64,000 nt of DNA, taken from contig DASPLE010000058.1 of the NCBI GenBank assembly GCA_035627695.1, forward strand, positions 43,423 through 107,422, read 5' to 3'. Shown here piece by piece: positions 19,847 to 29,498 of this stretch. Within the stretch, counting starts at the first letter, position 1; each line of letters opens with the position of its first letter. The notes under the pieces are model-generated. The model saw only the letters and a list, made by a program, of their open reading frames with translations. It was not told the DNA's origin and did not search any database. This DNA comes from Planctomycetota bacterium (GTDB lineage: Bacteria > Planctomycetota > UBA11346). Position numbers and translations under genes: made by a program.

Positions 19847-20851
19847 ATGCGCAGCGCCCTGATCCTCTGTCTCGCCCTTCCCCTCGCCTCCGCCGGGCTG
19901 TCCGCGGCCGAGATCACCACCGCGCCGACGCGTCCGACCGAGACCGCGCCGAAGGCCGATGCGACGCCGACGCCGGTGCGCGCCAGCCTGGCGAACAGCC
20001 GCGTCTCGAGCCGCACCCTGGCGCTCAACCAGCCGGTGCGCGTCGACTTCACCACCCTGCCGCGCCAGATCGAGGGCATCGACATCGCCAGCGCGGTGAC
20101 CAACGCGCTCGCGGTCGGCGCGGCCGGCGACCAGTGGCGCCTGATCGGTCCGGTCAAGGTCACCGAGCACGAGAAGACCAGGACCCTGCTGATCGCGTTC
20201 GCGCTCGCCCCGCGGCGCACCGGCGAGTTCTCGCTGCCGGCGATCCCGGTGACCTGGCTGGCCAACGAGCAGGTCGTCGAGATGGGCCTGGTCACGGTCG
20301 CCGACCGCATCGCCGTCGGCACCGAGCAGCGCCCGCTGCCCAAGGAGATCGACGGCGTCGCCGGCTTCGCCTGGGGCATCCCGCTCGAGGAGGCGGCCCC
20401 GCGCCTGGGCAAGACCGAGCGCGTCGGCGACGCCACCGTCGCCCGCCCGGCCGAGGGGCTGAGCCTGAAGTTCCGCGGCGGCATGCTGTGCGAGGCGACG
20501 CTCGACGTCGCGACGCTGACGCTCGACCGCGCGCGCGACAGCTTCCTCGAGCGCTGGGGCGCGCCGCAGATCGATGAGACGGAGGCGACGGGCGAGACCC
20601 GCTCGCTGACCTGGATCCTCGGCTGGACCTCGATCGTCGCCAAGCCGGCGGCCTCTGGCATCACCCTGACGCTGGTGCGCGAGGACCTGCAGGATCGCCT
20701 CGCCCGCCGCCAGGTGACCGGCAGCGTCTTCGACGTCCTCGAGGGCCCCGGCGTCGCGCCCGAGCCGGTCGATCCGGCCGTCGAATCCGAGCGCCGCACC
20801 AGCGAGGCCGAGAAGGACTTCGGCAAGCCGACGATCCCCGCGCCGGAGTAG
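19847..20851 (+). CDS. secreted hypothetical protein
   Basis: signal peptide MRSALILCLALPLASAGLSAAE; no recognisable domain. Confidence 0.5.
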   Translation: MRSALILCLALPLASAGLSAAEITTAPTRPTETAPKADATPTPVRASLANSRVSSRTLALNQPVRVDFTTLPRQIEGIDIASAVTNALAVGAAGDQWRLIGPVKVTEHEKTRTLLIAFALAPRRTGEFSLPAIPVTWLANEQVVEMGLVTVADRIAVGTEQRPLPKEIDGVAGFAWGIPLEEAAPRLGKTERVGDATVARPAEGLSLKFRGGMLCEATLDVATLTLDRARDSFLERWGAPQIDETEATGETRSLTWILGWTSIVAKPAASGITLTLVREDLQDRLARRQVTGSVFDVLEGPGVAPEPVDPAVESERRTSEAEKDFGKPTIPAPE

Positions 20852-20927
20852 GCACGTCCCAGGCCATCGCGACCAGCCGTCGCGCGTCGCCGCTTCGGCG
20901 CGGACGGCGCCGCCGTAGCCTCCGCGC

Positions 20928-21527
20928 ATGGCCGACACCGCCCCCCTGCCCGCCCCCGCGTACGATCCCGATGCCGGCGCCGTCGATGGGAAGCCGCGCG
21001 CGGCGGTGTTCGCCGCCGGCTGCTTCTGGTGCGTCGAAGGCGTGTTCGAGCGCCTCGACGGCGTCAGCGACGTGGTCTCCGGCTACGCCGGCGGCGCGCC
21101 CGAGACCGCCAACTACGAGGACGTCTGCGGCGGCGACACCGGCCACGCCGAGGTCGTGCGCGTGACCTACGACCCGACGCGCATCACCTTCGGCGAGCTC
21201 CTGCGCGTGTTCTTCAGCACCCACGATCCGACCACGCCCGACCGCCAGGGCGCCGACGAGGGCGAGCAGTACCGCTCGGCGGTGTTCGTCGCCGACGACG
21301 CCCAGCGCCGCGCGGTCGACGGCTACATCGCGCAGCTCACGAAGGCCGGCTCGTTCCGCTCGCCGATCGTCACCCGCGTCGAGACCCTCACCGCGTTCCA
21401 TCCGGCCGAGGAGCACCACCAGGACTTCGTCCGGCGCAATCCCGGCCACCCGTACGTTCGCGCCGCGGCGGGGCCCAAGATCGCCAAGCTGTGCGCGCTG
21501 TTCCCGGATCGGGCGCGCGCGCGCTGA
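20928..21527 (+). CDS. msrA: peptide methionine sulfoxide reductase MsrA
   Basis: GCFWC active site, GHAEVVRVTYDP motif. Confidence 0.9.
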   Translation: MADTAPLPAPAYDPDAGAVDGKPRAAVFAAGCFWCVEGVFERLDGVSDVVSGYAGGAPETANYEDVCGGDTGHAEVVRVTYDPTRITFGELLRVFFSTHDPTTPDRQGADEGEQYRSAVFVADDAQRRAVDGYIAQLTKAGSFRSPIVTRVETLTAFHPAEEHHQDFVRRNPGHPYVRAAAGPKIAKLCALFPDRARAR

Positions 21528-21543
21528 CGCCGCACGTCGCCGG

Positions 21544-21636
21544 GCTTCGCGCTTCGAGCTTCGAGCTTCGAGGTCCGAGCTTCGAGCTTCGAGCTTCGAG
21601 CTTCGAGCTTCGAGCTTCGAGCTTCGAGCCTTCGCG
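21544..21636. repeat. heptanucleotide tandem array (GAGCTTC)n ~12 units between convergent gene ends
   Basis: gcttcgagcttcgagcttcgag...; starts 17 nt after msrA stop, ends ~12 nt before stop of 21648 gene. Confidence 0.9.
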
Positions 21637-21647
21637 CCGCCGACGCG

Positions 21648-22655
21648 TCACCACGCCGCCGGCGCGGTCTCCAGGCGCTGCACCCAACGCACCGAGCCGA
21701 CCGGGTTGTTGATGTGGATCTGGCAACGCGACGACCGCCCGTGCGATGCCTTCGAGCTGTTGCGCGGGTGCATGACGTAGTTGTCGATCACCTTCGCCGG
21801 CGTGTTGCCGTTGCCGCCCCAGCTCCAGCCGTAGCGGTCCTTCGGCGTGTCCCCGTACGGCGCGCCGAACTCGTTGTCCGTCAGGTGGAAATCCGGCGCC
21901 GCGACCGCAGCGCTCCACTCGATGCGGTACCACAGGCGGCGCTCGTCGGCGAGGATCGCGGCGAAGGACGCCTGGTCGCCGAACTGCGCCTCGGCGTTCT
22001 CGGCCACGACCTCGTCCCAGTCGGCGAAGCCGAGCGTGCCGCCCGCGCCGCAGGTGATGACGAAGACCGCCGCGCTGTCGCGGTAGCAGCGGAACCACGA
22101 CATCCCGGTCGATGTCGGGCGCGGCATCGGATCGCCCTGCCGCCAGGAGTCCCAGGTCTCGGTCGGCGTCCGCTTCACCGGCCGCGGGTCCGGACGGGTC
22201 ATCAGCGGCAGGCCGAAGTCGGCGCTCTCCGGACCGGCGATCGGATTGTAGGCGGCGGTCAGCTCGACCGCGAACGGTGGCCGCTGGCGCACCTGCATCG
22301 GGCAGCGCGCGGCGCGGCCGCCGATGGCGGGGAAGCGGCTCGCATCGCTCCACACCGTGTTGTTCGCCTGGTCGCGCGGCCCGGGCTGTCCGTTGCGCAC
22401 GTCGATCCAGCCGAAGCCCTCGCGATGGGCGCCGTTCGCGCCCAGCGTCGTGTCCCAGCCCAGCCGGCTGGACTCGAGCACGTAGTTGCAGCCGGCCACC
22501 AGCATCACCCGCGCCTGGGTCTCGCGCACCACCTCGGCGGTCGCCTCGGCATCGCTGCGCATGCGCAGCAGGAACGCGGCGCCGAGCGACGCCATCAGCG
22601 CGCAGATGCCGGCGATCGCGATCAGCACCGTGCCGCGGCGGCGATCAGGGCGCAT
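21648..22655 (-). CDS. membrane-anchored hypothetical protein (last gene of prepilin-like operon)
   Basis: N-terminal basic stretch + hydrophobic helix (RRRGTVLIAIAGICALMASL), no prepilin E5. Confidence 0.5.
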   Translation of the reverse strand: MRPDRRRGTVLIAIAGICALMASLGAAFLLRMRSDAEATAEVVRETQARVMLVAGCNYVLESSRLGWDTTLGANGAHREGFGWIDVRNGQPGPRDQANNTVWSDASRFPAIGGRAARCPMQVRQRPPFAVELTAAYNPIAGPESADFGLPLMTRPDPRPVKRTPTETWDSWRQGDPMPRPTSTGMSWFRCYRDSAAVFVITCGAGGTLGFADWDEVVAENAEAQFGDQASFAAILADERRLWYRIEWSAAVAAPDFHLTDNEFGAPYGDTPKDRYGWSWGGNGNTPAKVIDNYVMHPRNSSKASHGRSSRCQIHINNPVGSVRWVQRLETAPAAW

Positions 22656-23820
22656 ACGAATCCAGGTCGCGCTGCTGGCGCGCCCCGCGCAGGGTCGTGC
22701 CGAAACCGTTGAACGAGAACTGCGTCTGGTTGCCGCTGACCGGATCGGCCAGGCGGACGATGCACAGGTTGAAGAACTTGCCGAGGCTGAAGTAGCGCAG
22801 CACCGAGGTCCTCACCTCCGGCCAGTGCGACGGACGCAGCGGCGTCAGACGGTCCTGCAGGCCGACGCGGGCGATGAAGCCGCGGACGATGTCGCCGTTG
22901 GTGCCGTAGTGGAGGATCGTGGTCTGCTCGCGATGACGCGCGGCGAGCGCGGCGGCGTCGGCCGGCGCGTCCGGACCCGCCATGAGTCCGTAGGCGTAGC
23001 CGAGCGTGGCGCGGTAGCGCGTCATCGGCGTGCGGTTGCTGTCGGCCCAGGAATGCACCTTCCACGGACCCGTCAGCCACTCGACCGGGATGCCGCCGGC
23101 ATTGACGTACTGGCCCCAGTCGCCTGCCGGCGGCCCTTCCGGATAGAACCGCGAGTAGCTCGCGTGGATCGCATTGGCCGGCAGGTAATCGATCAGCCCG
23201 TAGTAGCCGAGCACGCTGGTCAGCCCGCGGTACTGCCCGCACCACCAGGTCTCGCGCGGCGCGATCGCGGCGCCGTACGCCGGCAGCGCGACGTTGTCGC
23301 GGGCGTACGCGGGGATGTCGAGCGTGGCGCGCTGGTTGAAGAACACGCCGTAGCGGCCGAAGCGGCAGTCGGTGTCCATGCATTCGGCGAAGTTGCCGCG
23401 CCAGCGCGCGGCCTGGTTGTCGGCGTGCGCCGACCAGCGCTGCGCGTCGCCCTCCCAGCGCCCGGGCAGCTCGGTCGAGTCGTCCCACACCTCCGCCATC
23501 GGCGTGAAGGGCTGCCCGAGGCCGTCCTTCAGCGGGTGGTCCTGCGCCGCGCGGCTGTCGTCGACCTGGCGCAGCGCGACGCGGCCGTCGGCGGGATCGT
23601 CGCAGCCCTTCCAGAAGTCGAGCTCGTCGAGGCCGGCGATGAAGCCGGCGCGCATCAGCGCGTTCTCGGTCGACAGGCGCTGGCCGGTGGCGAACGCGCT
23701 CGACGCCGCGCGCAGCCCGGCGAAGGCCACGACCATCAGCAGCGTTCCGATCGAGACCGCGATCAGCAGCTCGATCATGGTGAAGGCGCGGCGCGGCGCG
23801 GCGGTGCTCAGCGCAGGCAT
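22645..23820 (-). CDS. prepilin-type N-terminal cleavage/methylation domain protein (pseudopilin-like, 392 aa)
   Basis: RRAFTMIELLIAVSIGTLLMVVAF class-III signal with Glu at +5; start set at internal ATG just before motif. Confidence 0.65.
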   Translation of the reverse strand: MPALSTAAPRRAFTMIELLIAVSIGTLLMVVAFAGLRAASSAFATGQRLSTENALMRAGFIAGLDELDFWKGCDDPADGRVALRQVDDSRAAQDHPLKDGLGQPFTPMAEVWDDSTELPGRWEGDAQRWSAHADNQAARWRGNFAECMDTDCRFGRYGVFFNQRATLDIPAYARDNVALPAYGAAIAPRETWWCGQYRGLTSVLGYYGLIDYLPANAIHASYSRFYPEGPPAGDWGQYVNAGGIPVEWLTGPWKVHSWADSNRTPMTRYRATLGYAYGLMAGPDAPADAAALAARHREQTTILHYGTNGDIVRGFIARVGLQDRLTPLRPSHWPEVRTSVLRYFSLGKFFNLCIVRLADPVSGNQTQFSFNGFGTTLRGARQQRDLDSYAP

Positions 23821-25697
23821 TGGTGCACCCGCCCGTCGTAGTAGTTGAAGCGGGCGATGGTGCTGGCGCGCATGCGCGACGAGGCCGGCAGGGGTCCGCG
23901 GTCGAGCCGCTGGTTGAAGTTGCGATCGGCGCCGTGCAGGCCGCTGAAGATCCACGGCGGCGAATCGCGGTTGGCGACGTCGCCCCGGCCGCGGTCCTGC
24001 TCGTAGCCGGACAGACCGAGCGTCCACGGCGCGACGTCGGCGCCGGTGGGCAGCGACGGCACGTCCTGGTCGAAGAACAGGATCGCCTTCTCGGGGTTGC
24101 GGTAGTTCCAGATCTCGCCGTCGACCCAGTCGTGGTTGGTCATCATCCAGCCGAGGTCGGCGTTCCGCTCCGGCGCGCCCTTGAGGTAGCGGCTGGCGTC
24201 GATCGGCGCGCTGGCCGCCGTCTCGAAGTCCTCGTAGCCCTGCCAGTCGACCGCCCAGAACACCACCTGGCGGCAGCGCTCCTCGGCCGCGAACGGCGCG
24301 GCGAGCGAGAAGTGGCGATTGTCGCCGTCGCCCCAGATCGTCTCCAACGGCTTGCCCGGGAAGCTGATGCTGCGGCCGATATTGGTCACCGGCGAGCCGC
24401 TGATCGGCTTCCACTGGCTCGCGACGCGGCCGTCGCCGAACACCGTCCCGGGGATCGGCGTCGAGAACACGTCCCACTGGATCAGCGGGTGATCCATCAT
24501 GATCGCGCGCTCGATCGGACGCGGGCCGCCCCAGTCGTAGGGGAAGCTCGCGCAGTAGTGATCGCACAGCCGCAGGGCGTTGTCGTGCAGCGCGACGATG
24601 ACGTCGTGGGTGTAACGCGCCGCCGGCGTGACGTCGGCGCCGATCGTCACCGACGGGATGTCGACCCCCGCGTCGAGCGCCGCCTTGTCGTACCAGCGGG
24701 TCAGGCAGGTCGCCGCGTGGGCCATGAAGCGCAGCGCGCGCACCTGCACGGCCGCGACCGCTGCATCGCCCGACGGCGTCAATATCCCGCCGGGCTGATA
24801 GAAGGAGGCGTCGAGGCCCTTCTTCCGGCAATACAGCAGCGCGGCCTGGACGTAGCGGATCGCGCCTTCACGCGTCGGGGCGTAGCGCTGCAGCTTGGCG
24901 TCCGTCGGATAGAGGGCGTACGCCAGCGGAGCGGCGCTGGGGTAGGCGTAGGGCAGGTAACCGTAGTTCCTGCTGATGTCCCTGTCGGGCGCCGCCGGCC
25001 ACTGCATGACGATCTGCACGTCCGGATCCTGCGTCGCCTCCCACAGGTAGAGTTCGATCGCGCTGTTCTCGGGCACGCCGAACTTCGTGCTCGCGGCCGG
25101 CGCCGCCGGCAGCCAGTCGCCCTCGTGGTGCGCGTGGTACGGCGGCGACGGATACGGGCTGTAGTACGGCCACGACTTCCACGGCAGCGAATACAGGCCG
25201 TTCTCCTGGGCGTAGCCGGTGACGGCGAAGACCAGGCGCTGCTGCTCGCTCGACGGCGCGTTGGGCAGCGCGCGCTCGTCGAAATTGCCGGTCATGTGCG
25301 GCAGCGTGTAGTAGAGGTGGGCGCCCTCGTCGAGCAGCGTGGCGATCTCGTCGCCGTCCGAGTCGAAGCGCCGCGCGATCGCCAGGGGCAGCGGCGCCAC
25401 GCCGCTGCGGTGCGAGGGGACCAGCGACTCGAGGTCGAATGCGCGGGAACGGTACGCCATGGGCACGTCCCACGGCTCCATGCCCTCGTGGTCCATGGAC
25501 GGGTTGCCGTCGTTGGCGGTGTTGAACATGTCGACCAGCTCGAGCATCTTCGCGGACGCCAGAACGCGGAATCGCGCATGCTGCTGCGCCTTGATGCCGG
25601 CTGGGAAAAGGACCAGGACGGTGACCACGGCGATGGCCACCAGGGCCATGGCGATGGCCACCTCGAAGAGCGTGAAGGCTACGCGAGGATGACGCAT
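23808..25697 (-). CDS. prepilin-type N-terminal cleavage/methylation domain protein (630 aa)
   Basis: MRHPRVAFTLFEVAIAMALVAIAV motif; overlaps downstream gene start by 13 nt. Confidence 0.65.
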   Translation of the reverse strand: MRHPRVAFTLFEVAIAMALVAIAVVTVLVLFPAGIKAQQHARFRVLASAKMLELVDMFNTANDGNPSMDHEGMEPWDVPMAYRSRAFDLESLVPSHRSGVAPLPLAIARRFDSDGDEIATLLDEGAHLYYTLPHMTGNFDERALPNAPSSEQQRLVFAVTGYAQENGLYSLPWKSWPYYSPYPSPPYHAHHEGDWLPAAPAASTKFGVPENSAIELYLWEATQDPDVQIVMQWPAAPDRDISRNYGYLPYAYPSAAPLAYALYPTDAKLQRYAPTREGAIRYVQAALLYCRKKGLDASFYQPGGILTPSGDAAVAAVQVRALRFMAHAATCLTRWYDKAALDAGVDIPSVTIGADVTPAARYTHDVIVALHDNALRLCDHYCASFPYDWGGPRPIERAIMMDHPLIQWDVFSTPIPGTVFGDGRVASQWKPISGSPVTNIGRSISFPGKPLETIWGDGDNRHFSLAAPFAAEERCRQVVFWAVDWQGYEDFETAASAPIDASRYLKGAPERNADLGWMMTNHDWVDGEIWNYRNPEKAILFFDQDVPSLPTGADVAPWTLGLSGYEQDRGRGDVANRDSPPWIFSGLHGADRNFNQRLDRGPLPASSRMRASTIARFNYYDGRVHQCLR

Positions 25698-25998
25698 GCT
25701 CACCGGAGTGGACACGAGGATGAGCGTGGTCCGGACAGGATTCGCAGAAAAACCGCAAGAAAGTGATGTCGACGGCGCGAATGTGCCGGCGCGCTCGGTC
25801 AGCAGGAATGACAGTCGCGCCCCAGGAAAATTCCCGTCCACAACTCGTGGCGACGACGGGAGTACGGCAGGCGCATGACGCGCCAGGTGGCGATCGGAGC
25901 GGTAAATGTCATATGGAGCCTGGACGCCGTGATATGCCCGATGGCCAGCTTGCGGGGCTGGACGTGGCTCTCAGCGCCGCGGCGCCGAGCATGAGGCC

Positions 25999-26832
25999 AT
26001 GCCCGCCTGGCTGCCGCGCGTGGTGTCGATGTCGTGCATGCCCACCACGCGGGGCAGCGCCTGCGATTGGCACGCGCACGGCGACGCCGACGAGCTCTGC
26101 CTGGTCAGCGACAGCCCGAGCCGTCTCGGCCATGCGGGCTCGCCGTTCAGCGCGCGGCCGGACACGCTGCTGCTGTTCCGCCGCGGCGAGCGCCACGGCT
26201 ACTGGAACAGCGGCGCCGACGCGCCGCACCTGTGGGTCGTGCACTACCGCGCCGACGAGTCGCTCTACGCGGAATGCCCGCTGCTCGCCGCCAACGATCC
26301 GAGCAAACGCGTGTGGCGCCTGTCGCCCGAGCGCGCCGACGTCTTCAAGGGCCTGTTCCTCAAGATCATGGCCGAGCACCGCCGCGCCGGCCCCAGCGCC
26401 GCCGCCGCGGAATCGGCGTGGCTGCGCCTGCTGCAGGTCGCCGTGCATCGCTGGGCCGCCGGCGAGCGCGACGACAGCCCGCCGGCGCTGGCCGATCGCG
26501 AGCTGCTCGCGCTGTGGCAGACCGTCAACGACCACGCGACCGCGCCGCGCCTGCCGGGCGGGCTCGCCGCGACGGTGCCGAACTACGATTCGCTCCGCCA
26601 CCGCTTCGTGCGCGCGTTCGGCGCCTCGCCGCGCGCGCTGGCGACCGATCTGCGCATCGAGCGCGCGATGAGCCTGCTCCTGGAAAGCGACCTGCCGGTG
26701 CGCGACATCGCCGAGCGCGTCGGCTACGCGCGCCAGCACGAGTTCGCCCGCGCCTTCCGGAGGCGCACCGGCGTCACGCCGACGGCGTGGCGATCGCGGC
26801 CGGTGCCGCGGTCCGATCGCGCGCGATCGTAA
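25999..26832 (+). CDS. AraC-family transcriptional regulator (cupin + HTH)
   Basis: C-terminal AraC HTH (VRDIAERVGYARQHEFARAFRRRTGVTPTAWR); divergent to prepilin operon. Confidence 0.8.
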   Translation: MPAWLPRVVSMSCMPTTRGSACDWHAHGDADELCLVSDSPSRLGHAGSPFSARPDTLLLFRRGERHGYWNSGADAPHLWVVHYRADESLYAECPLLAANDPSKRVWRLSPERADVFKGLFLKIMAEHRRAGPSAAAAESAWLRLLQVAVHRWAAGERDDSPPALADRELLALWQTVNDHATAPRLPGGLAATVPNYDSLRHRFVRAFGASPRALATDLRIERAMSLLLESDLPVRDIAERVGYARQHEFARAFRRRTGVTPTAWRSRPVPRSDRARS

Positions 26833-26863
26833 GCGGTTCACGCGGCATCGCGCGACGAGCGTC

Positions 26864-26978
26864 GGGCTGCGAGCTGCGAGCTGCGGGCTTCGGGCTTCGA
26901 GCTTCGAGCTTCGAGCTTCGAGCTTCGAGCTTCGAGCTTCGGGCTGCGAGCTTCGAGCTTCGAGCTTCGAGCTCGAGC
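26864..26978. repeat. heptanucleotide tandem array (GAGCTTC/GGGCTTC/GAGCTGC)n ~16 units between convergent gene ends
   Basis: gctgcgagctgcgagctgcgggcttcgggcttcgagcttcgag...; fills the gap from AraC stop to stop of 26979 gene. Confidence 0.9.
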
Positions 26979-27797
26979 TCAGGCCGTGCGCTGCGGGACC
27001 GCGTCGTCGCCGAGATCGGCGATGAACGCGATGAAGCCGCCGCTCAGCGCCCACCACGCGAGCGCGAAGACCATCAGCGGACCGCTCACCACCGTCAGCG
27101 CGAACAGTCCCGACGCGAATCCCAGGATCGCGACCGCCGACGCCGCGGCGCCCATGGCCAGCGTGGCGACGAGGACGTTCCACTCGCGCAGCGCGATGAC
27201 GGCGCCGACCGCTCCGCCGACGATCGCGACCATCGAGGCGAACACGACCCCCGCCGGAGACAGGAGGCTCAGCGCGATGGCGGGAAACGCCGCGCCGAAA
27301 GCCGCGGTGAGCGCGATCCGCGCGCAGCGTCGCCGTCGCGCGCACGCGCGGTAGTTGTCGTTGATGGCGCTGAGCCGTCGCGCATGCGCCAGCGCCGCGA
27401 GCAGGTCGTCGGGATCGGTGTCATCCGCCGGCCGGTCGTTGTGCCCGGGCAGCGGCGCTGCGTCCTGGAACGCGTGCATCGGCGCGAGCAGCCAGGCGCG
27501 GGCGAGAGCCAGGGCGCCGACGGCGACCACGGCGACGAGGATGGCCGGCGCATGCATCGGCGCCTTCGCCGACCACGCGACGACACCCACCGCCGCGACG
27601 GCGACAGCGACGGCACCGAGCGCGCCCACGCGCGCCGACACGGCCACCGCCGCGGCGCCGATCAGCGGCCCGCTCCAATGCGCGAGCAGCGCCGGGCCCG
27701 CGCACGCGCCGCCGACCACGACCAGCGCCGTGCTGACGCGCGCGTGCCAGCGCAGGCCACGGGCGTGCTGGCGGTCGACGACCTGCTCCTGGGCCAT
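26979..27797 (-). CDS. polytopic membrane protein, hypothetical
   Basis: 5-6 Ala/Val-rich TM helices; start chosen at internal ATG (MAQEQVV) to avoid overlap. Confidence 0.4.
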   Translation of the reverse strand: MAQEQVVDRQHARGLRWHARVSTALVVVGGACAGPALLAHWSGPLIGAAAVAVSARVGALGAVAVAVAAVGVVAWSAKAPMHAPAILVAVVAVGALALARAWLLAPMHAFQDAAPLPGHNDRPADDTDPDDLLAALAHARRLSAINDNYRACARRRRCARIALTAAFGAAFPAIALSLLSPAGVVFASMVAIVGGAVGAVIALREWNVLVATLAMGAAASAVAILGFASGLFALTVVSGPLMVFALAWWALSGGFIAFIADLGDDAVPQRTA

Positions 27798-27924
27798 GCG
27801 ATGGCGATGCCTGGACTCACGCGCACAGGCGAAGGTCGCGGCGGGATCGCCGGCGGCGGCTGGCGGCGTCGGTTCCATTGCCGCGGTGACGCCGCCGACC
27901 GCTGGACCTGTCGCGAGCGTCGGC

Positions 27925-28173
27925 TCACGCCGTCGCGGGAGCCTTGGCCTCGTTGTTGCGGGCGCTGCGGACATTGATCAGCGCCAGGAACACCTGCAGC
28001 CCGACCAGCGCCCAGGCGCCATCGTGCCAGCCCCACGCCATCCACAGCAGATTGCTGACCAGCATGCTCCAGAAGCCGACCTGACGCTTCCAGCGGATGC
28101 GCGAGCCGATGAACCAGGCGCCGACGATGGTCACGACCATCGCCGGCCACTGCAGGTGATCGATCCAGTCCAT
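27925..28173 (-). CDS. small membrane protein (82 aa), possibly lipid-A-biosynthesis N-terminal (LAB_N)-like
   Basis: two TM helices, Trp-rich (WMAWGW); weak resemblance only. Confidence 0.35.
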   Translation of the reverse strand: MDWIDHLQWPAMVVTIVGAWFIGSRIRWKRQVGFWSMLVSNLLWMAWGWHDGAWALVGLQVFLALINVRSARNNEAKAPATA

Positions 28174-28256
28174 CCGCGGCCATGGTCCACGTCGCCCACG
28201 CGCCGACCACCGCCGATGGTCAGGTCTTGTTCACCGCGCCGTCGCGCCGTCCGCGA

Positions 28257-28814
28257 CTACCGCGGCGCCCGCGCCCGCGCCTTCGCCCGCGCCTTCGCCC
28301 GCGCCTTCGCCCGCGCGCGCTCGCGCAGGAGGCGGCGGTATTCGCGCCCGACCCGGTTCTGCGCGCGCAGGCGCAGCATGGTGCCGCGGCAGCGCGGCGC
28401 GCCGCAGCGGCAGCGGTAGCGCGCCGTCCACACCCGTCGGTAGGGACCATCGATGATCAGGTTGTAGTCGAAGCCCAGCTCATCGCCGGGCGCGATCGGG
28501 CGCAGCGCGACCAGGAACACGCGCTGCCCGCGGATCACCGACTCGCAGTTCGGCGCGCACGAGTGGTTGATGAAGCGCGCGGCGTTGCCGTTGCGCGAGC
28601 CATCGATGACCACGTCCGGCGCGACCTCGAACAGCATGGTGTGGCCGTCGCGGCTGGTCGCCTGGCGCTCGGCCTCGTCGGCCGTCAGGCGTTGGCCGAC
28701 GTACTCGCCGATGCGCCCGCCGGTGCGCACGGCGCGCGTGGCGAAGGCGCCGCGGCCGTGGATCGCCGAGGTGCGGACGACGAACGGCTCGGTCTTTTTC
28801 GCGCGCGGCGCCAT
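28257..28814 (-). CDS. SET-domain protein (lysine methyltransferase fold) with C-terminal basic (KARA)n tail
   Basis: GRGAFATRA...GEYVG, RFINHSCAPNC, GDELGFDY, post-SET CRCGAPRCRG; tail RERARAKARAKARAKARARAPR. Confidence 0.75.
   Translation of the reverse strand: MAPRAKKTEPFVVRTSAIHGRGAFATRAVRTGGRIGEYVGQRLTADEAERQATSRDGHTMLFEVAPDVVIDGSRNGNAARFINHSCAPNCESVIRGQRVFLVALRPIAPGDELGFDYNLIIDGPYRRVWTARYRCRCGAPRCRGTMLRLRAQNRVGREYRRLLRERARAKARAKARAKARARAPR
28270..28322. repeat. 12-nt tandem repeat (GCGCCTTCGCCC)x~4 inside 3' end of SET gene, encoding the KARA tail
   Basis: gcgccttcgcccgcgccttcgcccgcgccttcgccc read directly. Confidence 0.85.
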
Positions 28815-28917
28815 CGGGCTCGGCACGCTGCGCCTCGCGCCGGTCATGACAAGGCCGCGCACGGTTCGGATGCACAGCCGATGCGCCGGACGCGGACCGC
28901 GCCACGATCCACGCATG

Positions 28918-29400
28918 CCGGCCTACGCAGTCCCCGATGCGCAGCTGATCGACGAATGCGACGCGACCAGCTCGTCGACCCACAGCCCCGGTGGCCAGCA
29001 CCGCAACAAGGCGGAATCGGCGGTGCGCCTGCGTCATCGGCCGAGCGGGCTGGTCGCGCAGTGCGAAGCCCATCGCGACCGCTCGGACAACCGCGTCGCG
29101 GCGTTGCGGCGGCTGCGCATCCGCCTCGCGCTGCACGAGCGCGGCGCCGCCGATCCGGCGTGGGTCGCGCGCGGCGACGCGCCACCCGGCCCCGACGACG
29201 ACGGCTACGCGCTGGCGGTCGCGGCGGCGATCGACGCCGTCGCGACCCGGCGCGGCGCGCTGGGCGACGCGGCGCGCGACCTCGGCGTCAGCACCAGCCG
29301 CCTGAGCCGCATCCTGTGCGCCGACAAGGAGGTGCTGCAGGCCGTCAACCGGATCCGCGCGGACAACGACCTCAAGCCGCTCCATCCGGCGCGCGGCTGA
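28918..29400 (+). CDS. hypothetical protein with C-terminal Fis-type HTH
   Basis: C-terminal DAARDLGVSTSRLSRILC...; the track ORF 28567..29400 overlaps the SET gene, so trimmed to internal ATG; weak. Confidence 0.3.
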   Translation, partial: PAYAVPDAQLIDECDATSSSTHSPGGQHRNKAESAVRLRHRPSGLVAQCEAHRDRSDNRVAALRRLRIRLALHERGAADPAWVARGDAPPGPDDDGYALAVAAAIDAVATRRGALGDAARDLGVSTSRLSRILCADKEVLQAVNRIRADNDLKPLHPARG

Positions 29401-29498
29401 ACATGCCGCGCTGCCGCCGCCCCGCGGGCGGACGATGTGCGCGCCGCCGGTAGCGCTGCCCCCTGCCATCGCCGCTCGCCGCGTTCATCATCCGCGGC

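Noticed and set aside
28567-29400. Full-length 277-aa plus-strand ORF overlapping the SET-domain gene
   Set aside because: The N-terminal two thirds lie antisense to a gene with very strong SET motifs. Only the C-terminal ~160 aa (HTH-like) were kept, at low confidence.
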